64,000 nucleotides of DNA from NCBI RefSeq assembly GCF_036321535.1, contig NC_087441.1, positions 10,788,001-10,852,000 of the forward strand, given 5' to 3'. Source of the stretch: Camelus dromedarius. Its lineage: Eukaryota. This document shows positions 12,811-25,520 of this stretch, in pieces. The translations under genes and the position numbers were made by a program. Under the pieces are notes generated by a model that saw nothing but the letters and a program-made list of their open reading frames with translations, did not search any database and was not told where the DNA came from. Positions within the stretch are counted from its first letter, which is position 1. Every line of letters begins with the position of its first letter.

Positions 12811-12957
12811 CTGAGTTACAGACAGCCTTTTCTCCTTCCCTCTTCTTGCGAGTGTGTCCAGCCCTTTTAATGAAGAAAATAAGCCCTTCTTGTGTCTTCC
12901 TCGCTGGGTCAGTGAGAGAGTTCTTTTCCGGAGAGCAGAGTCATCTCTAGAACATAC
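12811..12957 (-). CDS. TIAM2: TIAM2 coding exon c6 (147 nt; VCSRDDSALRKRTLSLTQRGRHKKGLFSSLKGLDTLARRGKEKRLSVTQ), GC donor
   Basis: Translated by hand (not in the ORF track). Acceptor gtgttttaaattag|GTA; homology ends at CAG|GCAAGC, a non-canonical GC donor; 49 codons. Confidence 0.93.
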
Positions 12958-13640
12958 CTAATTTAAAACACAGTTTAGAAAAATATTATAGCACATTACT
13001 TGGGTGACAGAGAGAATTAACCATTGCCCTAACAGAAGTAAACTCTGCTCGCTATAAATGTGTTCTGACCAGCCCCCAAAGCTGCCGTGCATCTGACATA
13101 CCAGAAATGCATCTGCCACAGAGATATCTCCTATCTGGACAACACAGGTCTAGTGACAACATTCACATCTCTCCAGGGTGTGCAGCCGGGTCAGCAGAAC
13201 AACCTGCAGAAACCCCAGGCTGAGCCAGTATCATCCACAGAAGCCACCCACACAGGAGCGATTTCTGAAAACCCAGTGGGGCTCCCAGCCGAACAAAGCA
13301 AACAGCCTTCCATCAGCCCTTTAATTCTTCACACCATTGTTGCTTCTCCTCAGGGATTCTGCCCTCCTGACTGTACAAGGTGGAACAGACAGAAGGGCAG
13401 ATGCAGATGTGAATATTTAATAACGTGCACTAGTAGTGAGATGCCGAGAATAAGCAGCAGAGAAGCCAGGACTCTCCAGCAGGACGCCTCCAACCCCGCT
13501 TCCCCCAGCCCCGGCCCCCTGGGTGGCCCTGGGCAGTTACTGGGTTAAGTCACAGCAGAGCCGATGTCAAAAGGCTGGAGAAAGGTGAGCATCTGCAGTG
13601 CTCCCTGCACAGCGCCGAACAGCCTTCCTCGGAAACTCAC

Positions 13641-13826
13641 CAGAGCGTGGAAAGAGGAAACTGACAAGACGCCCAACCGGCCGAGGGCCAGCTTGGAGGG
13701 GCGGCTGGCGGCAGCCAGGAGGCTCTTGGGGTTCGGCAACTCCCCGCCTTGCAGGCTGGCCAGATAGCAGCGCATCCTGAATAGATCCATGTGAAATTTC
13801 TCCAGGTTCTGCTCCCATTGCTGGAT
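13641..13826 (-). CDS. TIAM2: TIAM2 coding exon c5 (186 nt; [20 protein letters not shown]...SVSSFHAL), CC-Ex region
   Basis: Acceptor gcttgcttgaacag|ATC; donor CTG|GTGAGT; 62 codons. Confidence 0.96.
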
Positions 13827-15094
13827 CTGTTCAAGCAAGCACAGGACTAATTTAAATAAAAACGAGACGTTTTCATGGGTCAGAATTGAAAATGTGATCC
13901 CCTTCACAAACTTTAAGGAAAAGATCATTTCAGCTGACGTCGCACGGTTGAAATTAGTCTTCCCTGCTCACCCCTACCTCAAGCCCTCCTACCAAAACAC
14001 ATGGGGTTAGAGAGCCCTGCACTTCATCAGGATGGCCCCCAGAAAAAAAGAAAACCAGGGGTCCCAATACAGCACTTGTGCCACAACCTCTGGAGAACTC
14101 CAGCACCGAAAACCACCCTGACTTAAGGCGGGCGCACAGCTGTAAGTCAGTTCTTCCACTTTGTTTCATTTACATTCACAGCCTCTGATCTTTAACCAGA
14201 TTCCTGAACAGCACACAAACCGAAGCTGGATGAATGGTGGCAGTGGCTGTACATTTCTGCACATTCTGAGAATGACTCAAAATAATACAAAGCAGATGAA
14301 CTTCAGGCATAAAGACAAATAGAGCTTTGACTCCTATTTTAAATGTATTAGAGAATAATCACCAACTATACGTCTGAATAAGAGTAAGGCACATAATATT
14401 CACATGTGGAAATTTCTATGTACTTCTTCAAAACTGAAGTCACAAGTTGGTAAGGAAATACAAACTCTAGGAGCCACTTTCTTTTCTTCCAAGGACATCA
14501 AAGCACGTTATGTTTAAGTATTACCTTCATTTCAACATAAATGAATAGGTGAAGAAAGGCTCTAGAAACTTGCCAATTCAGGGATTCAGAGCAGAACAAC
14601 AAGCCCGGCTTCAAATGGTGTTCAGAGCAATCTCAGTGTTCAAGGGAAGGTCTGCGGTAATAATTTGGTACTAGAACTGTGGCATTCCCTTTGCAGCAAC
14701 TGCATCTCTAGTTTTGCCAAGTTTAGCATCCAGTCTAACCCTTCACAGCATTTTCCAGTTCAATCCTTGACCCTGCATAAATGATATTTTGAAGGATCTC
14801 CGACATTGAACACTATCTCCCCTCAGTCTCTCCCCAGAGAAAAGCAGTACAAATTCTGGCTACTCCCCAGCCCCGTCCAAGTTCTCCATATCTATTTCTT
14901 AGGAAGGTCATTGTGCAACTTTCCTACATGAAAGCAATACGATGGCTACAAGATCTACACAAATACTGTGTTGATTCATCATTGTTTTTCAGCAAAACAA
15001 CAAAGCCCCAGAGTGCACTGAAAAATCTCAGTCTCCGTAGTGGACTTAACCTCATTTAAGATTCTGTATGCCTTTATTAGAGATGTAACAGCCC

Positions 15095-15265
15095 ACTGGT
15101 GTCAGCCTTGAGTCAGTACCAGAAAGACCTGCTGACTTTTAAAAATGAAAATGCCCAGGTCCTCTGCTGATGCCCCCACTCAGTACGCATGAGGCCGAGG
15201 AAAGCTGACATTTCAAAAGCACCTACAGCAACCCTGGTGCCTGGCCTCGGTGAGCACCACCGTTC
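15095..15265. mobile_element. MER5-like hAT MITE, degenerate
   Basis: aaaaatgaaaatgcccagg...catttcaaaagcacc...ctggtg...caccaccgttctaga; weak similarity only. Confidence 0.45.
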
Positions 15266-15804
15266 TAGACTAACGGGCCGTTCAAATTGAACTGCAAACC
15301 TCTTCTGGGTCTTGCATATTAGAGAATTCTAGATTCCAGAAGTAATGGAGAGGTATTATGTGACTATAAACTACACCCTCCAGGAGCTGTAAGTCCCAGC
15401 AAAACTAGGCTTCAAATTCTGTCTCACAAGTATTTTCTCCAGCTGATACCTGAAAACCCACAATAAGAAATGCATTCTTTTGTCTTCTAATAATACGTAG
15501 ATGTTTCTAGGTTGGATACTGTATTAAAGCTCATCCCTCATTGATACTTCCATGTGAAACAGTTTATCAGATGCTTTCTTGGGGCTCAGGGTGGGGGAGG
15601 AGAGAGGAGGTAAGTAGAGGCACAAGAGGAAAGAAACCCAGTGAGGTGTTGGGTACCAGGCGGTAAAGAAGCCCCTGCCATCCACAGTAGATTAAAAAAC
15701 AAAATATAAAATAAAACAAAACCCACATCTATGTCAATCACTATAGATTAGGAAAGATGACAACCTCATACTTTCACTGACTTCTGTGTTTATAAAGTAT
15801 TTTT

Positions 15805-16055
15805 AAGAGTTTTTTAAAACATTTTTTTTACTGAGTTATAGTCATTTTACAATGTTGTGTCAAATTCCAGTGTAGAGCACAATTTTTCAGTTATACATGA
15901 ACATACATACATTCACTGTCACATTTTTTTTCGCTGTGAGCTACCACAAGATCTTATATATATTTCCCTGTGCTATACAGTATAATCTTGTTTATCTATT
16001 CTGCATATGCCTGTCAGTATCTACAAATTTTGAAATACTTTATATAGACTGGGAG
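15805..16055 (-). mobile_element. 5'-truncated L1 3' end with TSD
   Basis: Reverse complement of an L1 3' UTR (...ttccctgtgctatacagta...). TATAAAGTATTTTT(AA) at 15791-15806 and 16056-16071; TTTTT/AA endonuclease site. Confidence 0.82.
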
Positions 16056-16508
16056 TATAAAGTATTTTTAAAGGCGTCATTTAACGTATTTATATGACTG
16101 TACATCAAAGCATCACTGGGAGGAAAAGACGGTTCCATCCTGAATGATACACAGGGAATCTTCAAATTTTGTCAGAAACACTTTGATAACCTTCAGCCCA
16201 CCTAGACCTCTCCACCCAAAACTTGGGACAAAATGCAGGTGAATTCACAGGAAGAAAATGAATTCAGATGCTTACATGTGTTGAAGGGAAGAAGGAGCTG
16301 GGAGACTCCCACAGCCCAAAGCAGACCTTACCAAGATCAAGAAGTTTGCTAACATGTGATTCCGTTTCAAGAGAACTAGCATCTCAATGAACACTGCACG
16401 TTGCAGAGAAAATGTTTAACCTGAACTTAGTCAAAAACGCAAATGGGAAGGGACTTTATGACTCCTCTAGTTCAGTGATGCTTCCTGTCCTTATCCTGAC
16501 TGAGCCTC

Positions 16509-17007
16509 TGTGATGGTTCATTCTATGTGTCAACCTAACTGGGCCACGGGGGTGGCCAGATGTGGAGTCACACATTATTCTGGAAGTTTCTGAGGGTGTT
16601 TGGGGATGAGAGTCACATTTAAATAGGTGGACTGAGTGAGGCAGACTGCCCTGCCTACTATGGTGGGCCTCACCCAATTAGCCGAAGGCCTGGCTAGAAC
16701 AAAAGTCTGACCCTCCCCCAAGTCCTCCTCCTCCTGCTCGATGGCCTTCAAACTGGGATACTGGCTTTTTCCTGCCTTTTGACCTGAACTGAAATACTGG
16801 CTCATCCTGGGTCTCAAGCTTGCCAGTCCTCGGACAGAACCACACACACCATCACCTCTCCCAGGCTCCAGTGGACTGACTCACTGTGGAGCTTGGGACC
16901 AACCCATCAACATAATCACATGAGCCAATTTCTTATAATAAATCTCTTTATATATTTTTTCACCCATCCTCTTGGTTCTGCTTTTCTGGAGAACCCCGAC
17001 TTATACA
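16509..17007 (+). mobile_element. Complete MLT2 (ERVL) solo LTR
   Basis: TGTGATGGTTCATTCTATGTGTCAAC...GGAGAACCCCGACTTATACA; TG...CA termini; AATAAA at ~16938; 5-bp TSD GCCTC/GCCTT. Confidence 0.85.
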
Positions 17008-19639
17008 GCCTTCATTCCCATTAAGTTCTGGGGCAGAGTAAGCCACCATCAGTCACACATGTATTTCAAATTTCAAGGCAATATTTATCTTGTTTTCAAG
17101 GTCACGGTGCTTTAGAGAGAATCGGTTGGAGAAGTTAAATGAGGATCTGTGGTTGGATAAGAAATAAGGAAATACTTGATTTTTCCTTCCACAGACTCAT
17201 CACTGTTATAGAGAAGGACGTGGAAGACGACACAGATAAAAGTACGGGGAGGGAATAGATTCAGATGCTTGGGTTACCTGGAGGGAAGAGAGAAGCATAA
17301 AGGCCGGACCCACAAGCTCAAAACAGACCTTGTAATATTGGGAAAGTCTGCAGACACACACGATGTGTTCACAAGGGCACTGGGAACCACACCTTCATTT
17401 CTCAGCAGAAGTGGCTGACGCCCAGGAGGGAAGTGACTAGACCAGGCTCATGTAATAAGCTGGCCCCTCCAGGCTGGCCAAAGTCCAAAGCTGATCGGAT
17501 GTGAACAACATGTGGAAACAAGCTTCTAGGGAGTACTGGGAACAGAGCCCTGAACCCCAGGTCCTCTTGCTCATAAGGCAGGTATCTGCACAGCATCCAG
17601 GAACTACTTAGCAACCTTCATGTAGATCCTCATCTAACTGTCAACCGTATTTCTCCCCACAAACCCCAGGGAAGATGTAAGATGATCCACACTCCCGTTT
17701 GTGCAATGGTTTTGCCCCTCCACTTCCGATCAGCCTTAACATTCATGTTCAGCCCAACTTTAAAGTCATGTTAACTTAAAAGAAAAACATATTTTATAAT
17801 TATCCCTCAAAAGATGAGATAAAGACACATTTTTAAAGATGAAAAGCAGAAAAGGCAGTTTTGTACCTATTACACATGCTCCCTCAGTACATTTCAATCA
17901 TCATCATCACTAAAACAGTAACGTTACCTGACATCACATCTCTCAGAGAAATTCTGGAGATTTTTCTTCTAACGTTATCCAAACCAAAAATGCCCCAAAT
18001 CCATTCCCTTAAACCAAGACTTCTTCCCCCTTCTATTCTAAATTCCATAGAAATCAGTATTTGTCCCTAGGTATTTCTTTACTTTTTAAGATAAATAATA
18101 GGACATGAAAATCAAAACTCAACTTCTACGTACATTGAGCTCTCATTTCTTTTAATGTCTGTGCACAAAACATACAAATGACATGAATGAAGAAAACTCA
18201 TTCAAAGGAGGTTTTTTTCAATTATCCTTCAGTGTAAAAGGACAAATAATTAACAAAATTAAGGAAGAAAACTCTCATTTTTAAACACTGACACAAATGT
18301 AATGCAAGTTTCCTCTTTGTTGCTAATACAGCTATATTTATTTAATGAGCTCAGAAGGGCTACGGTCTGCTCTAGAAAGTGGGAGGGGGAGAAGGCGGCT
18401 AATGCTAAAAATAACAGATGAATAAGTGATCCATAAAAGAGATGACAAGGACATTCCTGCCACACCCAACACTCCTAGAAAAATATTTTCTACTTCTTAG
18501 TCATTTGATCACAGCATTTAGTCATTTGTCCATTTCTAGGTTGGTCCTAAAAGATAATTCGTTTTCCCTTTTTGGCAGAGGAAGATGAAAAACTCCCACG
18601 CACTCCCTAGTATTTTCCAAGGACTAAAACCTGCCTCTGCAGAAGCAGCCAGCTAGTAACACAGAAGGCACTGAAGTTAACTGGTAGTTAGAACAACCTG
18701 CTACAGTTCAGAAAATCAGTTTTGTTTTGTTTTCCCCTTTGAGATATAATTCACATGCCGTAAGGTTTGCTTGTCGAGTATATTTGCAATAAACACATTT
18801 CCCATCAAATCAAGCTGAAAAATCCAAGTTACAAAAACAAGTAAATTAAGGATTAATTTCTACTTTGGAGAAAACCATTCATTACATGGTTCCTTAGCAC
18901 ACAAAGCACGATCTGATTCACAAAAGTCTTAACCGAGAGGCTCAGATCTGCTCCTACGAGTGCAGATTTGTGTTCAAGTTCCAGCTCCGCCACAAGACAG
19001 CTGTGTGACACTGGAACATTCCCCTCACCTCTCCCAGAGTCTACTCACTCACCCATCAACTTGATCGTATGGAGTTGTTGTGGAATCATACATGATCATG
19101 GCCCGAGACAGGAGTCCCGAGAAACAGAGCCAGAAACCATGAAAGTGGAGAGCGCAGCAGAAGAGAGGATGTTCGCTGGGGAGTGAAGGAGCGAAGCCCA
19201 GGGAGAGAAGCCAGGAGCAGGTGAGGAGCTGGGGGGGGGACCACTGCCGGGAAAAGGAAAGGAGACGCAGGGGCATCCACTCACTACCCGGAGCCAAGTA
19301 CCGGCGAAACAGACAGGGCAACGTTACAGACCCCTTCGGAGCTCTTATTTCATACAAGGAGCAACCTAATACACAAGGGATAATGACAAAACAATGCATG
19401 ATAAAGAGAGCCCCTGAGAAGCATGGGCGTACAGAAGGGTCCCTGATGGAATGGGGGGAGGGGGTCCAAGGGCAGCTCCATGCAGGCACTAAACCCTTCA
19501 TCACAGATGAGCCGGGGTGAGCCTGATGCCAGGGGTGGGGGACGGGGCACATGTCCTGCAGATGTGTGGTCTCTGTGGGTCCTCTCTGCCCGAGGGAAAA
19601 CCCAAAGAAAGAAGCACAGGAAGCACAGGAAGTTTGATG

Positions 19640-20310
19640 TTGTAGATAAAAGTCAAGGTGGGGAGAGGTCCTCAGGGACTTTATCTTGTAAGCAACAGGG
19701 AGCCACTGAAGGACTTGTAAACCCAGTAATCACATGGTCAGATACGCTATTTTTGTGGGGTGGGATGCAATTCGGTTTATTTATTTATTTAATGGAGGTA
19801 CCGGGGATTGAACCCAGGACCTCATGCATGCTAAGCAGGCACTCTACCACTGAGCTACATCCTCCCCCTTCAGATTCACTTTTTAGACCAAAACACTCTG
19901 GCCTTAAACAGAAGACGTATCTGAGGAAAAGGTAAGCCCGGCAGCCTCTGCAGCTTGACAGGGAAGAGAGAAATCAGTCCTCCCTAGCCCTCCCTCTCTC
20001 ACCACCTGCACATCATGTGCCTGAAACTTCAAACTGCCAGGGCAGGGCAACTGCATCACTTCCGAGCACTCTGCCTTGGCTCATGCTGACCCCTGGCCTG
20101 GAATTCCTTATCCTCTCCTCACTGACTCCTCATTCTTCAAGGAACAATCCTAGCATCCGTCCTCCAGGAAGTCTTTTGTGACTACACAGGAGGTTCAGCT
20201 TCCCATTTGTGCTTGTCTTCCCCGACACTCTGGAATATCATTTGTTCTGAATTCATTCTATTATATGTTGAAATTATATGCTCAGCTGTCACCCTGCTTG
20301 GCTGAGAGCA
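19640..20310. mobile_element. L2 fragments in both orientations
   Basis: gggagccactgaaggacttg...cacatggtcagat; cctggcctggaattcc...tcctccaggaagtc. Confidence 0.55.
19750..19868 (-). mobile_element. tRNA-derived SINE (vic-1-like), inserted into an L2 fragment
   Basis: + strand reads GGGGATTGAACCCAGGACC...CTCTACCACTGAGCTAC, the reverse complement of the B and A boxes. Confidence 0.88.
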
Positions 20311-22086
20311 CCGTTGTGGCAAAGACAGCCTCTTCTTCGAATTTCCAGTCTGCACGCTCGCCTGGCCCAGAGTATGCACTGAACAATTGTTCCCCTCCTG
20401 CCCTCCGGCTTTGACCACCTCCCCTGTGCCCGCGGAAGGAAGCGCCTGTCTTGGTCCAGTGGCTCTGTCATCAGGCCTGGTCTCCCGCCACCCCCGTCAC
20501 AGATACCCTCCAATGCTTTATTCCCCGAGTGGCTTCCCCCCAACACGTACCCCAGATCACATTTTCCTCAAGGTTTTGTTCAGTTTGTTGCCTTCACTGC
20601 AGTTTCCAACTGTCTAAGTTCAATCCATCCTCTTTATATGATTTTGAAACTTTAAGTAAATATTTAAAATGAAGCCCACAGTCCACAAAATCCAGAGCAG
20701 TCCCAAGCCCAGCGGCTGGGAGCTCGCTCCTCCCACCACGGCCTCCCTCTCTGGCCTAATTAACACCCTCCCACCCCCACCCCACCCCCAACCGGAGTGA
20801 GAAAGGGGCAAAGGCAGGCGGTGCATGGGAGTCGCCTGGGAGGAGGCCATGCCTGCCTAAGCAGGGTGAGGTTTTATCCTGGTTTACTCGTTTGAGATAA
20901 TAAACGGAAAGGAAAATAAAGTACTCACTAGACTTAATTTACAGCTCTTCCTCCCTCGATCTTCGAAAGGCATCCCACGTGGGGACTGGCTGCATGGTCT
21001 GCTCCACATTGGATGTGCTCAAAGGCTCTGCCCTACAGAGTCCCGAAAGGCCCGGGGACAAGGCCATATGATGGTCTCTTTCAAGCAAAGCATGTCCCCA
21101 CTCTTACTATGATAGTGCCTTTTTATTTGCAAGGGCCTTGACAATGATCTCCTCCACCAAAGCACTTCAAAGAAAATCTGTTCCAGACTCTTCATCTTGC
21201 GTGATGTAACGTGCACTGTAAGTTCAGCTATTGTCAGGCTATAGATGACTATATGTGAGTGCCCCGGGATCTCTGGGGGAAAGCGCTCTGTAAATAAATA
21301 TTTCTTTTATGGAAAATAAATTACAGTGAAGTTGAGATTTTTAAATGGTAATTGGATAAAGCATTGCTCCTTTAAAGAAGTTTTTAAAAGGCACTTTAGA
21401 GAAAACTATATACTTACGGGATATTTGGAAGATCACGTTCTTATTGATCTTGATTTGTAAATATCTTTGCCTTTGTAGCTTCGCAGAACATTCTCTAGTC
21501 AAAAACCATCTCATAAAAGTAATTCTAAGCATGTGCTTGTTTCCCTTCCTCTTTTGTGTCTATAAATAAAGAGCAAATAGCTCTCTTTACAACCATCTAG
21601 CAAACGAGTTAAGGGCAGTGGGCATGGCAATTGGAACTCACGTTACCCACTGCAAAGCCCTCTGGGAAAACACGAATAAATTACAATCTTAGCAACTGCC
21701 GAATTGGTAAGGAGAATATTTTCAGGTGGAACATCTAAAGATCAACCCAAATTGTTTCTTACCAGAAATTCACAAATGTGATAATGAGGTGAATGTGTCT
21801 ACGGAAGGAGATGTGGCAGGAGGGCAGTGGGGAAGGGGTGGGGGAGGGCAGAACTGAAACGAAAAATTGGCAGCATTAGGACATATGCTTAAAATAACTG
21901 ATGTAATGACTCCGTCCAAGAATGCATAATGGGCCACAATTAATAATTACTCGAATTCTTTACAAGAGTGTCTCTTCAAGCCAACTAACCACCTTAGACC
22001 CTTGGATTTGTGTAGGGGTTTATGTCAAAGCAACCCCCACCTCCAAGAGAGAAGGGTACCAATTTTGACATTATAAATTAATCACT

Positions 22087-22216
22087 GGGGAGGGGGGCAC
22101 AGCTCAAGTGGTAGAGCGCGTGCCTCTCATGCAGAAGGTCCTGGGTTCAATCCCCAGTACCTCCTCTAAAAATAAATAAATAAACCTAATTATCTATACC
22201 CCTCCCCCCAAAAAAG
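22087..22216 (+). mobile_element. tRNA-derived SINE (vic-1-like)
   Basis: AGCTCAAGTGGTAGAG...GGTTCAATCCCCAGTACCTCCTCTAAAAATAAATAAATAAACC. Confidence 0.88.
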
Positions 22217-23264
22217 AAGCCGGCTGGATAAGTCACATGCTGGATCATCAAACCTGCACTCAAGTCAAGAAACACTAGAATGCCTAATAGAAATGCAAAT
22301 TTTAAAAACAATTAATTAATTAAGCATTTGCCAGCCATGAAAAAAGGAATAAAGTTACATTTAATAAAAGTTTAAATTTTTAAAAAATGTTTGCTTGGAC
22401 TTCTTGAAAAAGAATAAAAAGGAGACAACCAAACATAAAGGACAGAAGCTTCTCAATGTGGACCAACCTCCCTTTCCTCTCCCTGGACCTAAACATCAGG
22501 TCCAGTATACAAGGACCTGAAAACTCCCAGTTGGGCATCCCTGCCGGTGGACTAAAGTATGGCTTTGAAGCTAAATTTTAGAGAGCCAGTGGAAGACAAA
22601 ACCACAGCTTTTCCCACTACAGTCAGTATGAGACTTTTAATTGGGGCACCTGAATCCACGAGTTGCTGAGCTCCTGATGCCCACACCTCGTCCAGCAGCC
22701 GTGACCCCATCAAACCCCCCCAAACCCCTCCACCTCCCTCCATTCTCCTTTACAACTTCCTTTTCAATTCCTCGTTAAAACTAGTCTGTAGTTTGTAGTC
22801 TGCAAGCCGGTATTCCTTAAACAAACAGGATGTTCTGTTTGAGGAAGGAACGTTTCAATTCAGGAACATAGGAAACTATCTTTGATAAAAATTATAGGAA
22901 ATGATGCACTCTGAGAACATTTTCCATACAAATGGTTCAACTTCTGTCGTGTTACTCTGGACCAGGCCTTCGTAACTGCACACCCAGAGCAGGGCTGCTC
23001 CACCACCCAACGCCTTTCTCCACTTCAATCTGCCCGCCAAGCCACTGCCTGATTCACCTTCCAAAGATAACGCATTCATCATGCTTTTCACCCCGACGTA
23101 AAAACCTACATTCCACCCTTAGATCCAGAGGCTAAAACATACCTTATATCCCAGCCTTGTACTTAAGACGCTGAAAAAGCTGCACCAGAGCCTGCCCCAC
23201 CAAACGGCCAGCTGTTCATCCCTTCCGAGCCCAGGAGCTGCAGGCCAGCCCTCCGTCACTCCTA

Positions 23265-23446
23265 CCGTTGACCCTTGAACAGGGTTTGAACTGCCTGGGT
23301 CTCCTCACATGCAGATTTTTTTCAGCAGTAAATACCACAGCACTCAATACCACAGGATTGGGGTTGGTTGAGTACAGAGGGGCAACCATAAGGTATACAT
23401 GGATTTTCGACTGCCAGAGGGTCGTTGTGTTATTCACGGGTCAGTC
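23265..23446 (+). mobile_element. Tigger2-family MITE (Tc1/mariner)
   Basis: TA|CCGTTGACCCTTGAACA...GGGTTTGAACTG left TIR; degenerate right TIR TGTTATTCACGGGTCAGTC. Confidence 0.72.
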
Positions 23447-24364
23447 AAACCTCCAAACTGTCCTACCACGCTCCCCACCCTCCTCCCAGCCTGGACTAGC
23501 TTTCACGCTTACACACCTCTTACCCACTTTTTAAGTTCATGACCTTCCAGGAAGTCTCCCTCCACTTCCTCAAGATCACAACACAAGCTCAACCCCTGGT
23601 CTCTCATAGTATTTGACGACTATGCCAGTTAGTCCTAATTTCTACCATTCTAGAATATTCTTTAGTTTCACATTTCCAAGGCCTGCTTTCTAACTAAATG
23701 ATACATTTCTCAGAAACAGTATCCGTATTTTATAATCATTTTTATTTCTTACAGCTACTGGCATCTGTTAGGTATGTCAATATCTGAAGATGGACAAATT
23801 AGTGAGAGGGAAGAATTGGGAAGGGAGAAAGACAACACAGGATATCAGAAAAGGAGAAGCAAAGATGGAACCAGGCATCATCAGAAGATCTGTCTCAACT
23901 GCGCCATCATTTAGAAACACCCAATGAGGGGGCAAGAGATGGGAATTACTCGGCCATTCCACTACTGCCAAAGATATGGCCCAAACTCTTAGTGGATCAC
24001 AAATATGTCATTTGAATACACACTTTTCATCAGTTTCTTATAAACAGTCAGAAATTTCTTCCCACACATTCTAAGTTCTCCACAAACATGCAGATGGAAA
24101 AACATTCTAAGCAAGATTATGTATCAAACACAAGTAGAAGATTGATAATGTGTTGTTTAATTTGTGATTTAAGTCAAATGCTACAGGGAAGACGCATCTA
24201 GTGGAGTATCCAAATTGTTGTTATACCATGGAATTTTTTAAAGAACCTGGTCTCTCTGTAGTATTTAACCAGTCAAAAGGATGAAAATTCAGGAACACAC
24301 CAACCCGTCTTCACCTTAGTCTTCTTCAAGTTCCCAGATCACTTGACATTGATTTTGAAGGGAC

Positions 24365-24700
24365 TGTAGTGGATACTGTTGTGCATCATCACCCGACCCC
24401 CTTTTCAAGGAAGAGGCATTCTTTCCCTCAGCTGCTCATGGCTCATGGACGGGTCCCTCTCTGGAAACGTGCCTCCACTGAAGGCAGCTGCCTTGACCAG
24501 CTGACTGGTGTGCCTTGCTACAAGCAACTCTGAAAGGCCACCCACCCTCACCCCAGCTCCCGAGCCCCCGTGAGACAAGCTGGGCACAATTCAATGTGTC
24601 GCTCCTTAATCCAGCTCCCTCATGCCCTTACTCCTGAGAGCATTCTCATTAAACTCCTCACAAGCAAAACTCCATCTCAGTGTGTTTCCTGGGGAACCTG
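24365..24700 (+). mobile_element. LTR16-like (ERVL) LTR remnant
   Basis: Starts tgtagtggatactg; ends ctccatctcagtgtgtttcctggggaacctg, similar to the LTR16 3' end. Confidence 0.55.
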
Positions 24701-25295
24701 AATGGAGAGAGAGGTGCTAGAAATGTCACTGACACTTGTCAAAGTGTTCAGGTTGTCCGAGAAAAGGAAAATAGAAATGAAGCTACTTCCTCTCCACTAA
24801 AATCCAAACAGCACAGAAACTAGCTGTTTAATTATTATCTGAATGTGGAAACAGGCCAAAGAATGCATTTTCCTTAGTATCTTATAGGTTATAGACAGAA
24901 GAAAAAAATACTATTTTTTTGGAATCCACAGACTTGGGAACAGCTGTGTTACACCAAACCACTACTTCCAGAGCCATCCTCTGTATCAGAACCTCACCTG
25001 CCTAATCTTCCAGTAATTTTATTATAAAATTTTTGTTTGGGAAGTGGCAATATATGAGAGAATCAGCTAGGCAAGAAGGCGCTACTTAACCTTAGGAAAC
25101 AAGATATGGTCACAAGATGTTCCACCACACAGACACAGCCACCAGAGGCAGCGAAGCACATCGCATCACCCACATGGCAAAAGCGCAGCCAGTAAGTGCG
25201 GGAACCAAGAAGCCGCAGAAACCATTTCCCCCACGTGTGTAAGAAACAGCTCCCCGTCGGAGTAATGGGAGCAAAGGCTGCGAAGTGACCCGCAC

Positions 25296-25520
25296 CTGGT
25301 TTTCGATGGCCTTCCTGTTCTTTGGGTCGCTCACCACGGACAGCTGCAGCTCCGCCATCTTCCTCATCTTGCTGTCCATGTCTATTTTCTGAATGAGGCT
25401 TCTGGTCTGGTTCTTCAGGAGCCGAACCGTGTCCTCTTTGCCACGCTTCTTGGCAAAAAGGGATGCGCAGGCCGAGTGGACGGCAGTGACCCAGTTCTCC
25501 AGATCTGTCTGGCTGGTGGC
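25296..25520 (-). CDS. TIAM2: TIAM2 coding exon c4 (225 nt; ATSQTDLENWVTAVHSACASLFAKKRGKEDTVRLLKNQ...KNRKAIENQ), end of PH and start of coiled coil
   Basis: Acceptor tttcccccctccccgggtttag|GCC; donor CAG|GTGCGG; 75 codons; PH signature ENWV. Confidence 0.96.

Noticed and set aside
13087-13818. Several ORFs of 60-153 aa around exon c5
   Set aside because: Alternative-frame or antisense shadows of the GC-rich exon, or random intronic ORFs.
21019-21216. Possible processed pseudogene (ORF MHVTSRKMKSLEQIFF...)
   Set aside because: No recognisable protein in the frames I translated, no poly-A and no TSD.
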